Source: Lepidodermella squamata (lineage: Eukaryota > Animalia > Gastrotricha). Taken from it: a DNA stretch of 64,000 nucleotides. Shown here piece after piece: positions 50,901 through 62,670 of the stretch (positions within the stretch are counted from its first letter, which is position 1; each line of letters starts with the position of its first letter). The notes under the pieces were generated by a model. It made no database searches, had not been told where the DNA came from, and was given only the letters and a program-made list of their open reading frames with translations. Location: assembly GCA_047495785.1 (NCBI GenBank), contig JBLDXI010000042.1, positions 806,001 to 870,000 of the forward strand, in the 5' to 3' direction. The position numbers were made by a program, and so were the translations under genes.

Positions 50901-53900
50901 TTTTTTCTCCTCATTTTGATCAATATCAACAAAATTATTGTTTACAAAATTATTTACAACATGACAGTCAACAATGTCATACCGATTCCGATTCACGTCA
51001 TCGCAGTCAGGCCCGCCAGAATAAATTAATGTTTAATAAATCGTTGTTCATTGCTGCTTCAATTTAGCGCGAATTCCGACGGTTTAAGGTAGTGTTACGA
51101 TACATTAGTCGCGTGTTCCGATGAAATAAATCAAAACAAGTCATTCCGATGGTTTAATTTACTTTCCTTGCGATTTTTGTATTTCCGACGCTTTAAGTCA
51201 AAATGGTACGCGAAAAGAAAATAAAGGTTCGATGATATTAGCTGAGTCCACCTTTCCGGCCGCATTGCCTCTTGAACCCTCAACCGGCCGCCTGTAATGA
51301 GAAAATAGGACCTTCCCGGCCGCACGCCTCAGTAATCGAGAATTGAAGTTGTTGAGTGCGCTTTTAAGCAGATTGGTTTTTAAATTAGGGTTTGAGCAGT
51401 TGTTCTTGACTGAATGATTACGCGACCCCAGATTGGTCATTCAACTGAAGTCGCTACGCAACACTCTCATAAAGTCAAAAAGTGAAAGACATTTTATGTA
51501 ATATTTTAGCCAATTAACCCTTAGCCGCCGAAGACGTGTACACGCGTTAATTCCGGAGAAAATTCACCGTGGTCGGAGGATTTGGGCTATCGAACCCATT
51601 GTTGCGTCATAAATTATGATAAATCGATAGCAAGAAACAAGCACTCCCCGAAAATTCAAATTTTCAAAGCCATTCTGACCAGGTCGAAAATAGTGAGAAA
51701 AATTTTAAATGACTTGTTAACACGTCATGAAAACGCGTTAACACGTCATAGCAACGGCAACCCAGGTAAATTTCTTCTGAAAAAGAGGTTCGGCTTTCAA
51801 TCTAAGGCTAAATGTAAGACTTTCTGCCGACTCAGAATTTGATTTTAGCCTCTTCTTGATTTTCTGGGATTTTCTGAAAGGTGCTCGGGTTAACACGTCA
51901 TTGCGCCGGCGGCTAAGGGTTAATATTTGGCCTTCAAACTCCAAACCCGTGCATTAATTAACCGAGCGAGCGAAGCGAGCTTTAGCTAACGATATTTTTC
52001 AAGAATTCTTTCTGAAAAGAGCTAAAAATGCATTCAAAGTTTGCATTGAGTGTTTCTCGCCGTGACTCTTACGATCCCACGTCCCCTTCCGCGAAAACCT
52101 TCCCCGACCCTATTCAAAATTGCCCGCGATAGCTGAGGCGGGCTAGGCCGTATTCAATTCGTGCAGTAAACACTTCGAAGGGCTGCGTAATTGCCTGGCA
52201 GGCTGTTTTTCGTGAAGAAGTTGGTAATTGCGTCCGGGGCTTCTCCTTATTGAAAGATTTGAAAGTGAATCGGCGAGCGAAGCGATAAACTTTTAAGAAA
52301 ATTGTGGATATTTATCATTCGGATACGTCGAATTTTGTTGGAAATGTGCACAAATTATGTAAAACCCTGGACTATTCCCCTCAAAAGAGCCGTCCGGCCG
52401 CACGCAATGCAAGAGATAGGCGGACCTCTGCCGGCCGCCAAAGTGGGCCTTGCCGGCCGCATGCGGCCGGAAAAACGGGGTTTGAGAACCACTGTGATAG
52501 GGCCCTCCTGTTAGCGGAACCAAATTTGCTGTATCGGAACCAAAACGGATTTTTTTATTTTTAAAACGATTTCTGAAGTGGGTGCACACAGCTACTTAGT
52601 TGTAACTTTTTAGGGGTTCACATAGCCTTGACCTTTTCCAAATTATCTTTTCGGTGAATTTATATACACACCCCCAAGACATAATTCACGGAATGTTGAA
52701 ACTAGGCAATTCACGTATTGAAGGGACTATTTTCGGGTGCAATTTATCGACGAGTTTCCTCATTTTCTTCGCCTACCTTTATAGCTGCGCGACAGGCTGC
52801 GTAATTTTGGCTGAAATTCCCACTCGTATAGGAAACAGTCTGCAAAAGAATTGCGTCATGTGGAATCTGGAATACTCGGAATTGATCTAACCGGTGACAG
52901 TCCTTGAGAGCAAGTTGGCGAGTCCTGGCACGGTTCTCCGGCCGCACATCCATAGGCGCTCTAATTTGCAACAAAGGTGAATATTGATTTCACATTATTA
53001 CATGTTATTACCGCTGTATTGCATGCAATTTCGGTTGGGTAGGTGACGTTTCCAATCTGTTTCATACAAATTTCAGCTCAATTTAGCCTCTCAAGCGCAT
53101 CGACTTACGTTGATCAACGGATTGGGACATGTACGTCCAATGAAGCAGCCTTGGTACGAATTGTTGCTGCCAAAACAGTGCACGACATCGACGACTAATT
53201 AAAAATTGGATACTCGTTAATGAGCAAAATAACAGAATGGATAAAACCAACTTTTGCATAATGCGAATGAGTCATAGGTGGTTCCATTAGCTCCAGCTAC
53301 CTAAAAATCCACAAAATAGTGAAGAGTTGAAGTTAAATATGGACGCAATAAAGCTGGACATTCCAGTAATTTTCACAGCTATCGCGAATCCACATCCCCT
53401 GGTTTTCTGAAAATTTTCCCCTCAAATTTCTAGACCCGAAAAGCTGGTTCTTGTCCATAATGAGAGCTTTTGGTTGTTTCAGAAAATTGCGTGAAAAAAA
53501 CTCACAGTCGAATTCGGGCAATTCGAGTTGATCGGTATGCAGATAGCAAGCTTATTTGTGTTCGTATCAACGCAGCGTTTTTGTTTCCCCTGTAAACAAA
53601 TGTAATGAGCTGGCAAAAATTGCATGAAGAGCATCAAGCATCAATACCTGAATGGCAGCTACACAGGTTTGAAAATTGCTTGCGAAAGAACTTGATCCAA
53701 CACTTCCAAGCTGTAGAATTATAAAACAGAACATATGACTCGAACTAAGATGGGAATTGATCATTACATCGTATTTCCCGGTTCCGCTTGGACATGAATC
53801 AAGGCAGCTACCACCAGTAGAAGTGTCATAGCAGATTTTGATTGACTAATAATAAAATAATATTTCAATTTTCCAGAGAGTTTTTTTGTTGGAATAAAGT

Positions 53901-55721
53901 TCAACCCCTGTTTCACAAATTGCTTTCGTTGGAAAGATGGTCTGACTTGATACCTACACAGAAAATACAAGCTAGATTGGGTAATTTGTCAATTAATAGG
54001 CCTTACATCGGTTCCACCGCAAGGCAACTGAGCTGGCTTGCATTCGGAGAACGAAGTTCCAGCCGAGCTAAAACAGCGTCGATGAGGGAAATAAGGCTGA
54101 GGGGCTGATAAAACATCACGAATTTAGACTGAAAAATACGATTCAAAACATGTTGAGCGAACCAGATTCGCATTCACCAAGGTTTGGAAACGTGACGCCG
54201 GTCGAAATTTCGCTTGTGGTGCCAGCCGGGCAGCTTTTGGAGCCATCAGTAGGGATACATTTCACGAGAGCATAGGTTTGCGAATTCAGGCAAAACTTGT
54301 GCGGTTTCTGAGGAAAACAATATTCATCAAAAGAAATATCAGGTAACGAGCCTGAAAACTATTACCGTGTATTCCGCGAGAAAACTGAGGCATTGAGCAT
54401 AATTTGTCTTGAAATCATTAAGGCTGTTGAAGATTGCCACCTGAGAGTAAATCAGAAAAGTAGCGTAGATTCTGAGAACAAGCGACTGCCAACCAGACTC
54501 ATGGGCGATCTGCAAATCCCGCGGCAAGCGAACGTCGAGCCAGATTTGCATAGAGCTGCGGGCTTGGGAAAGATAGAGCGCGGTTAAAACTGATAACTGT
54601 TAACTGTTAACTCTCACCCCAGCAGAACAATGCTTCTTGTCAACATAGACTCCACCGCTAAATGCCTGAAGTTCAAAAGATTATTTCAGGGTTAAGTCTT
54701 TCTATTAAAATTCTTTCAACCTGTGATTGAGTGGCATTACAGCCTGGCTTAGCTAGCAGGCAGCCAGCGAATGAGCGATCCGACATGGAAAAGCAGCGAA
54801 CATGAGGCGAAAAGTCTTGGCTTCTGGCGCCTGGAAATACAGTAATATAGCTGAATGGATGATGCTGCTCGAATGATGCAAACCTTCGATTTGTAATAGA
54901 CACTCGTTCATACTGAATATCGGGATTACTTCACGCTGAAAAAATTTAAAATTTAAGTTAATTGATTTTATGAACTTGAATAAAATTATAAATTAAATTA
55001 AATGATTTATCAGTGATACAATTTTTGAAATTTATAATGAAAATAAAAATTAAATAGACAAAATGATCACAATCTCACCCAGCCAGGTGGACAAGTGCTT
55101 GCATAAGGCACGCAGGTCTGAGCTGAGTTATTGGCGCATTTCCTAGCCGGGTTTTCCTATGAGACATAACATGGAAAGCAATTTGAATTCAGCGAACATC
55201 ATATTGGGAAATACCATGTAAGGCCGAGTTTTGTTGATGCATTCATCGTAACGAGGCTTGAAAGCCAAGCCGGTAAAATTGAGGTGCTATAAAACAAATT
55301 GAAATAGAATCCAGTCATGATTGAAAACTTAAAACCTACCGGAATTTCGTCCTTGGAACACGATACGATTTGAGGCAAGCATCGCAGCGTGAAAAGCTTC
55401 GGGTTGAAGCAGATGCGGGCTGACTGAAATACATTTATTAAATAAAAATTTAAAATCGTACATTTTTAATCAACCTACGCCTTGTTTACAACCGGCGAAG
55501 TCCGGAAACGCTGGGCCTAACTATTGGTGAAAAAGTGAAAAATTCAAAGCATGGGTAAAACAGGGCAGGCCTGGACCAACCTGGACTTCTTCGAATAGGT
55601 AACAGTCCTCTTTACAGTCGATGAATGCGTCGTTCCATCGCGAGATGCATCGTTTATAATAGCAGTCAACACTGCTAAAAGCGATGGCGACAAGCAGAAA
55701 AGCTTTGAAAAATCGCTCCAT
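47975..55721 (-). CDS. Family member A5: signal peptide + 12 four-Cys repeats + C-type lectin-like domain; 22 exons, last intron ~4.3 kb
   Basis: ATG at 55721 (MERFFKAFLLVAIAFSSVDCYYKRCISRWNDAF...). 21 in-frame exons to 52777 (...NYAACRAAIK, phase 0). The phase-0 acceptor at 48469 opens VFYVRCVAKSDASVKCVLETTGC... then a CTLD (KCVASNATLATI, FWVAL, FVWDDGS, GDCV, PPCEASRDGVLCE). The final splice is inferred. Confidence 0.75.
49627..50345 (-). pseudogene. Decayed SWIM zinc-finger coding sequence (MULE-transposase-like C-terminus) with RGR-rich tail
   Basis: ISCTCRLGSKKIPCEHVVAL fits SWIM CxCx(n)CxH. It is followed by PRGRP and RGRGRG. The upstream frame (LLWQLAKDE...AEFVAYFE) has stops. Confidence 0.7.
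51518..51919. mobile_element. piggyBac-type MITE nested in the hAT element
   Basis: TTAA|cccttagccgccg ... cggcggctaaggg|TTAA. Confidence 0.9.
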
Positions 55722-56886
55722 TATTTTATGAATGGCTGAAAAAATGATTGAATGACTGGTAACATTAATTTTAAAGTAGTGGTGCTGTATAGGATGCGGC
55801 GCCATTTTCCTGGAAACGCGTGTGAACCCGTGTCCTTGAACCAGAAAGTGCACCCAAATTGATACGGCTCTTACCAGGTTAAAAATTTTCGAAAGCGGAA
55901 CGAATATTTTTTGTTCGTATTTGCAATTGGCGGGGTCTAAAGTTCATCTATTTTTAGCAAGGTGCGGCTAGACGGATTTTTGTACTTACACTTTTAAACT
56001 TTTAAATTGAACCTGGAAAAAGACTTGTATTTTGTTCCGGATTACTTTCATTCAAAAAGGACACATTTATTTCAAGCGTTTTTTACAGATATTTTCTTGG
56101 CATTGGAAACTTTTCGATGCGAACTGGCTATGTCTTTTTTGGCTTGCCAACATTGTTTCCACCTCACCAACATTTCAACCTGGAATTTCATTCCCGCAAT
56201 TAAATGAGGCCGAGAAGAGAAGCTGTGAAATTTTGTTCGTGATTGGTTTGGTAATATGACAGGTCGCCGATAAAAGCTCGAAAGACATAGTAACAGATGG
56301 CCGACCACTTCATCTTGTTACAAGTTACAAGTTCCAAGAATGAAAATGGTAGATTAGGAGTGTCAGTGATGGTACGTCTCAAGCATATCAAGGAATTTTC
56401 CATTTTCGACATAAAGTCGCCGGACTTGTGCAAATGGCAGATGGGAACGCGGGACATAAAAGCGAATGACCGAAGGGCGCAGAGAAGTGCGACGTATGAT
56501 TCTCGAGATATTGGTACTTGCATGTATTTTCGGTCCCGAATCCCGAATTTTTAGACCAAGGGGTCCCTCGGAGGGAGCTCAATATAAACGGCTCTATAAA
56601 GGGCTCTATATAGAGGGACTCCCTGGAGAGACTTCCCTCCATTAGTTTTATGGGGATTTCTTGCCTGAACCTCTCGAGCTTGGGGTACGGTACCCCCTTT
56701 TGCCCCCTGTAATTCGTAAAGTCAGGTTTTACTTTATCTATGTACTTCATGAACGCAAACAATCTTGATGAATCATTTCGGCACGCACACTACAAATGTC
56801 TCTTTCAATGGGGTCATCCCCCCATTGTGAATAAAACGGTATTATTTTCACGTCATTTTATTTTCATCATTCCCTATAAACATTTT

Positions 56887-57344
56887 TCACGCTCGCATTT
56901 GTTTCCAATCTTTTTCAGGTATCGCAATTTCGCGCGGCAGGTGATACGGCGCAAGTCGCTCGCCCTCCCACCCGTCCTTGTAGCAATAGGCTGGGCTCAG
57001 GATGACAGCAGTTGGCGCATAGTCGACCAAATACCGGTTCAAATGCGACTCTTCGTGGTGCTTCGCAATCGCGCCATTTTCGTCACCGAGTTTTACCGAT
57101 TCGACCAACGCCTGCCAAAGCTCGATCACTCGACCCGCTCGACCCGCCCGCCGTAGAACATTCCGTCGTAGTAGATCCAGCCCTTTTCGGGCGGGATATA
57201 GGCCGAGGAGGTTTCGTTCTTTTCGTACGTTAGTTCGGTTCGATTGCGGTTGAACATCCAGCAGTTTTGGGTAGCTACGAGATCGCCGAGTATTTCATCG
57301 ACTACGTACATATCAGCGTCCATCGAGAAGAAAAAATTATGATT
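56887..57344 (-). pseudogene. Glycosyltransferase family 6 (ABO/alpha-1,3-Gal(NAc)T-like) catalytic exon with a frameshift
   Basis: FFFSMDADM (DxD), EILGDLVATQ, TYEKNETSSAYIP, YYDGMFYGG, then AKHHEESHLNRYL and ILSPAYC in another frame. These match GT6 motifs TYERR..S.AYIP, YY.G.FFGG, WHDESHLNKY and LSPEY. The frame breaks at ~57130. N-terminal exons not found. Confidence 0.88.
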
Positions 57345-58508
57345 CTAAACTAAACAAGAAAAATGGAAAAAATTGAATTTTCCAATAAAAATGAAAATTA
57401 ATAATATTTCACATTTTTTTTACAAGTTAACCCGATATTTCAAAATATTCGAAGAGTCGTATTTTTGTTTTGTTTTCAAGTTTTCGAATAATTGAGGTTT
57501 GTTTCAATTTAACAATTTTTCAAAAATTTCAAAATACTATTTTTCGACTCCGGGCACTTCGCTGGTCATTTCTAGCTATTCTAAAAATTCCAATTCATCA
57601 CGGTTATTACGCAATTGTCAAATTTTGACATACGCGTATATAGCTTGGAGGAGAACGCACATGAGCGTATACAGAGGGCAGAGGAACCGTGTCCATTCGT
57701 CAACATTTTTATACGCACATGTGCGTGTTCAGCGTATAAGGCCCTTCTTTAAATTACACTGGTTAGCGAAAGTCGGTCAGGTTCAAATTATTGAACTCCT
57801 GATCGATCAATAGAATAATAAAATGGCCCTGAAAACGTGACTGATCGGGAAAATTGATCAGAATCGGCCATAAATTGGTCATACCTAAATCCGACGCCAA
57901 AAATTGCAATGCTTTCATCTTCAACTGGTTTTGTAACAGGGGCCGACTGCTCGCGCGCGCAACATTTTTTATTTATGGCTCCTGATTACCCATTTTGAAG
58001 CAACCCATCCCCGAATTAAAAGGGCTAGACAAACCCTTGTTTCAAATTTTATGAGATGAATCATGCCGTTATTTTCCTCCCCAATATTTCTTATGCTATT
58101 TCTGTTTACTTTTGATAACATTTCGTCGGTATAGCGGTCCTAAAGTGCCAAGTGACCATTTTTTTCAAACATTTTTAATGTATCTAGTCTAATTCCATAC
58201 GGCCGAATGATGGCGTGGTCAAATGGGCGTTTCCAAACTCGACATAATTGTCGAAAGCCCAGAGAGGTGTGTGTGGTCTGAGGTAAGCTTGCTTTTCTCT
58301 AAGTATTCGATGAAACTCGCTGCCCCCCCCCCCCCCTCCGATATTTCCACCATTTGTCGATGCAAAGTTTGTTAGAAATGTCGTTTTCCCGTCTAACAAG
58401 TGCGTTAGCGGGCCGTTTACTTTTAAAGTTTCCTAAATATTGCGAGCAATAATGGCCAACGTTACCCCAAATTTTCTATTTATTTATCCATCCCATCATA
58501 ATAGCACA

Positions 58509-60540
58509 CAGACTTTCGGTCTACTACTTTTTCCATGCCAACACCAAGACCATACTTTCTGCTTGAAATTAAGACCAAGACCAAGACGGAAATTCCAAGT
58601 AGGTCTTTCGATCAAGACCAAAGACCAAAGACCGATAATTACGCATGATTTTATTGCTAAATATTTCGCAATTTCTTCTATTCTGGAAAGTTCCCCTGTG
58701 ATAGCTATCGGCCAGCAATGATCAATCATTTAAAGGATAAATAGCAAAATTAGTTATTTACTGCTGCGCGCAATTGCATCTTAGTAGTTACGCATCTTAC
58801 AAAGCTGATTGGCATCTTAAAACAATTTTAACCGCACCATAACCGCGCAATGACGGGGAACTCCCGTTGTCGTAGGTCGTGTTCGGCCTGTCGGTCTGTC
58901 GATCGTCAAGGAGGATAGTGGGGTACCTACAAAAAATAGCGGTGTAGTCACAGTTACCCGATGCAGGCTGTATTCCGTTGTTAGGTGTGTCGTCAAGGAG
59001 GATAGTGGTGTACGTAAAAAACAGACTATCCAACTGTCTCACAACCATTATTCTTATTACTGAAGATGTAAAAGGCGCGTTCAAGATTGCCGCAGGTGGT
59101 GTATGTTTGTGCAAGGAGGATTAGTAAGTATCAATAAAAAATTAGAGTGACGGGGAACACTCGTTGTCGCGAGTCGTTCAGTCGGTCGACAGGTCGTCAA
59201 AAGGCATCAGTAGGGAGTGATAAAAAAATTCAGCAGAGTTAAGGTGTGCCAGTAGAAAATGTGCAGTGTTGCCACTGCATGCTGCGTGCAGTTGTGCGCA
59301 CGACTTCGGTGCACAACATGCTAACTCTTGTGACATGGCGTCATCAGTCGTCTATCACCTGTTTTCAATCCTACTATGAAAAGTCTCCCGGGCACATGCA
59401 ATTCGTACTGTGTACTGTTTTTCGGCTTGTGTGACATGGCAACTTTTGGCCTGCGACTAGCGGTGGTAGCACGTTCCCTGGCCCCTGACCCGCTCACGTT
59501 TGGTAAAAACCCTTACGCAACGTATGCGCTCTATTTTTACTGAGTAAGCAAATGTGACTAACACGTAAATGTTCATATACTTGCACATTCGTGATTTGTA
59601 GCTCATCTTGAATTGAAGCCCCCTGGGCAACGATACATTGACTTGCAAGCCCATCTCAAATAATAGCCCGGGCTACTACGTAACTTGATAATATGCGTGA
59701 TATGGACCCTAATGCCCAGTCAACCATCATGGATCATGGGTGTGCACGAAAAAGTTATACGTGGGTTATGCATGTTTAAAGTCAGACGCGCCCGCGTGCT
59801 AGACAAAGTCACGGAGTTCCCCGTCAACTGTCAAAGGCCGCAGGCCGACAGTGGTAATTTTAACCGTCACACATGATTAAGCAAGGGATTAAGGCGTGGG
59901 TCAACAAGAGCGAACTGAGCTAAGCTGACACCACCTAGTGATATTGCAAACAACTATTCTGAGGAGAGTCTAGTGAGTTCCGCACCCTAGTTAGTCAACT
60001 GAATTGGTTGCTGTTGACTTGAAAACTTAAAACTTGGACTCCAGCGACTAGACAGATTAAAATGTAAAATGCTGAATTTAATGCGATATTTATGGGTAGT
60101 GGCTATGCATATGTAAATTAGAAAGCGACTGGGGCTTGGCATCACTTTTTGAAGCGGCTTGTTGTTGAAAGAGGCAACAGGCAGCCAACTCACTGAACTC
60201 ATAATTTCGACTTAATAATACCCAAGTTTCATTATAGCTCAATAACTATTTTTAGACTTATAGTAAGAAAATTGTTCTAATAAAGCATCCGACGAATGTA
60301 AACAAAAAATGCGCCCCTAAGGCTAATACAACAGATGCTCATTACATTTGATTTTTCCGCGTTTCAGAAGCAATCTCTTTCCCCTTATTTAAAGTCGTTC
60401 TCTTGGTTTGGCAAATTCAAGACCATGAGACCGAAGACCATACCAAATTAGCGGCAAGGTCTTAAAAAGACCGATACCGGAAAAATTGTATGGTCTTGGT
60501 ATGGTCTTGGTCTCACTTCAAAGACCAGACCGAAAGTCTG
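58509..60540. mobile_element. Non-autonomous hAT-type element, 2032 bp
   Basis: TIR cagactttcggtct / agaccgaaagtctg. TSD atagcaca (58501-58508, 60541-60548). agacca/tggtct subterminal repeats. Confidence 0.9.
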
Positions 60541-62624
60541 ATAGCACATTTACGGATCCGCGGTGGTTTCCTCCGGTCACTAAAAAGCCGTGAAATGCTA
60601 TAGTTTTCTCTAACAATTATTTGCACGCACGCTATTGGTCGATTCAAAAATAAGCGCGGGAGTCGCATTAATACCGCTGCGAAACAAAACAGCCGTCGAC
60701 TTCACAGATTCATGGTTAATAATGCAGACCGGCGCAAATACAGGGCCTCATTATCAGATGCAGTTAAAATAGGATTTTTGTGAGAATAATTGGAACAAAT
60801 TTCTAAAAAAAATAAAAAATCCAGTGAAATCAATAACTGAAAAAATGAGCAAAGGCTGTGATTTTTTCACCCAAATGTCAACATTTTGCCTTCAACTTCT
60901 AGCTGCAAAAAAAGAATTAGGTAATTGGCAAAAATCACCGATCGCCAAAAATTCAACGAAAATTGTCAATTTGTCAATTGAAAGCGCGGTAAAACTGGAC
61001 GCAAAATTCAGCTGAACTCGATAATGAAATAAAAAAGGCTGTTTGTTATCACTACCTTAATCCTGAATTCAGCTTTTTACAGGTGGACTGCGAATATCAA
61101 TAAATTCTTGATAAAACCGAGATTGAGTTTTTTCGTTATTCGAGGGTGAGGTTGTCATTAAAAGTCATTACCGTATGGCAGTTTACGTTCATTCGCGCTG
61201 CTTTCTTGGCTATAGTTTTTTTCCTGCAGTAGTAATATCACATAGCAATAAAACTTGCTCACGCTATTTTTTGCAACACACAACCATTTCCACACCAAAC
61301 AATTAGGTCACTACAACACGAATTTATGCATTAGCTCAGTGTACATTGCGATCATCTTACCGTTATTTCGAGAAAAATGAACGATAAAATTGAGCCTTGG
61401 AAATGAAAAAATAGGGGTAGCCCTTTCCGCCATTCAATTGCAAATTAAAACTCAAGTGGAGACTATCGATTTCAAAGCAGTAAATGAATATTAGGTAATT
61501 ATTTATAATTTTGCAAAATGCCAAGGCGTGACATCTTTTTGCATCAAAGTGGATTAAATTGCGGTGTTTTGATTTAGCCAATTTAGTATGGCAGTCATTT
61601 TCCGGGCCAGGTGGTTCGATAAAGGGTAATAATTTGGAATAATTTGGCTTTCATGAAAAAATCGCCGAGTATTTTCAATTTACTTGAATCGAATCGAAAT
61701 GAGGCGAGGGGGTCATGTCGTTCTCGAGTGCTTTGTAGCCATAAACACCCGAGTTTCAGGCATCACCTCGTCAAGGAATAGCTCCCAGGTAAAGCATCAA
61801 AGGCCATTTCCACGTTAGGCTTGCCGAGACGAATTTAACGGATCAAACTCAAGGTATTAGCGTAACTGGATGAGGTGGCCAAGGTGGATGAGGGCGCCCA
61901 GTTCCCCATTCCAACAATTCCACATTTCCCAAAATATTCCAATTTCGAATTTTCTTTTCGTAATTTTTCGTAATTATATAACATGATTGTTACGCAAACT
62001 GATTAGTCTAATAAAGTCTACAGTTAATCCCCGATCAGAAACTGTACTCGTTTCATATACGCAAGAATAAGCTCTTGGTCTTGTTCAGCTCGAAAATGTT
62101 TTTGGTTTGGTCTTATAAAACTTGGTTAAAATGTAAACTGCTGCGAGAATACCACCCAGTGTGGCCGAGAATGAAGTGTGTCAGAAACTATGCAGAATTA
62201 GGAGCTTTTACCCTATCATCTGAAAAAATAATTGATAAAATAATTGAGCGAAATTGATATCAAAGATTTTGAACTCGTTAACAAGCCTAAACAAGGCTTT
62301 ACATTTTCGGTTGGGTACAAAATTGGTTTTAGCCAAAATGACTGGGTGGTATTCTGGAGGCAGTTGGCAGTTTACATTTGAACCTAGATCCTTAAAAAAG
62401 TGATCTCGGGCTTGCTTTTAGATATGGCTAACCACGCGGATTTCAAATCTCAACACTCAACGCGTTGCTTCTCATAACTAAAAGATACCCTTATTGCAGT
62501 TGCTTATAATATATACAGTTTAGTGTAGTTATCCGTTATCTTTCTGGTCGGTCCACCGATGTGGTTGCTTTCGGACATCGGTCGTAACTTACTCATCTAA
62601 TTTTTACGATTGATCGTCCTTTTT

Positions 62625-62670
62625 CAGATCATGGGCCGATGCGCAAGAACAGCTATATGGAGGTTTGTCC
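62625..62670 (+). pseudogene. Tiny inverted remnant of the family's last exon
   Basis: cag|atcatgggccgatgcgcaagaacagctatatggaggtttgtcc = SWADAQEQLYGGLS, versus SWADPQEQLNGGLS in B1. Confidence 0.65.

Larger units (their letters stand above)
49358..52494. mobile_element. hAT (Charlie/Buster-like TIR) element, 3137 bp, in the last intron of A5
   Basis: TIR cagtggttctcaaac / gtttgagaaccactg. Perfect TSD tgataggg (49350-49357, 52495-52502). Confidence 0.93.

Noticed and set aside
52777-55721. Kunitz assignment for the Cys repeat
   Set aside because: Only the terminal F/Y-x5-C resembles Kunitz. There are four rather than six Cys and no FxYGGC core.
61150-61860. Exon-like minus-strand segments as GT6 5' exons
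   Set aside because: No transmembrane anchor or GT6 N-terminal motif found, and the frames contain stops.
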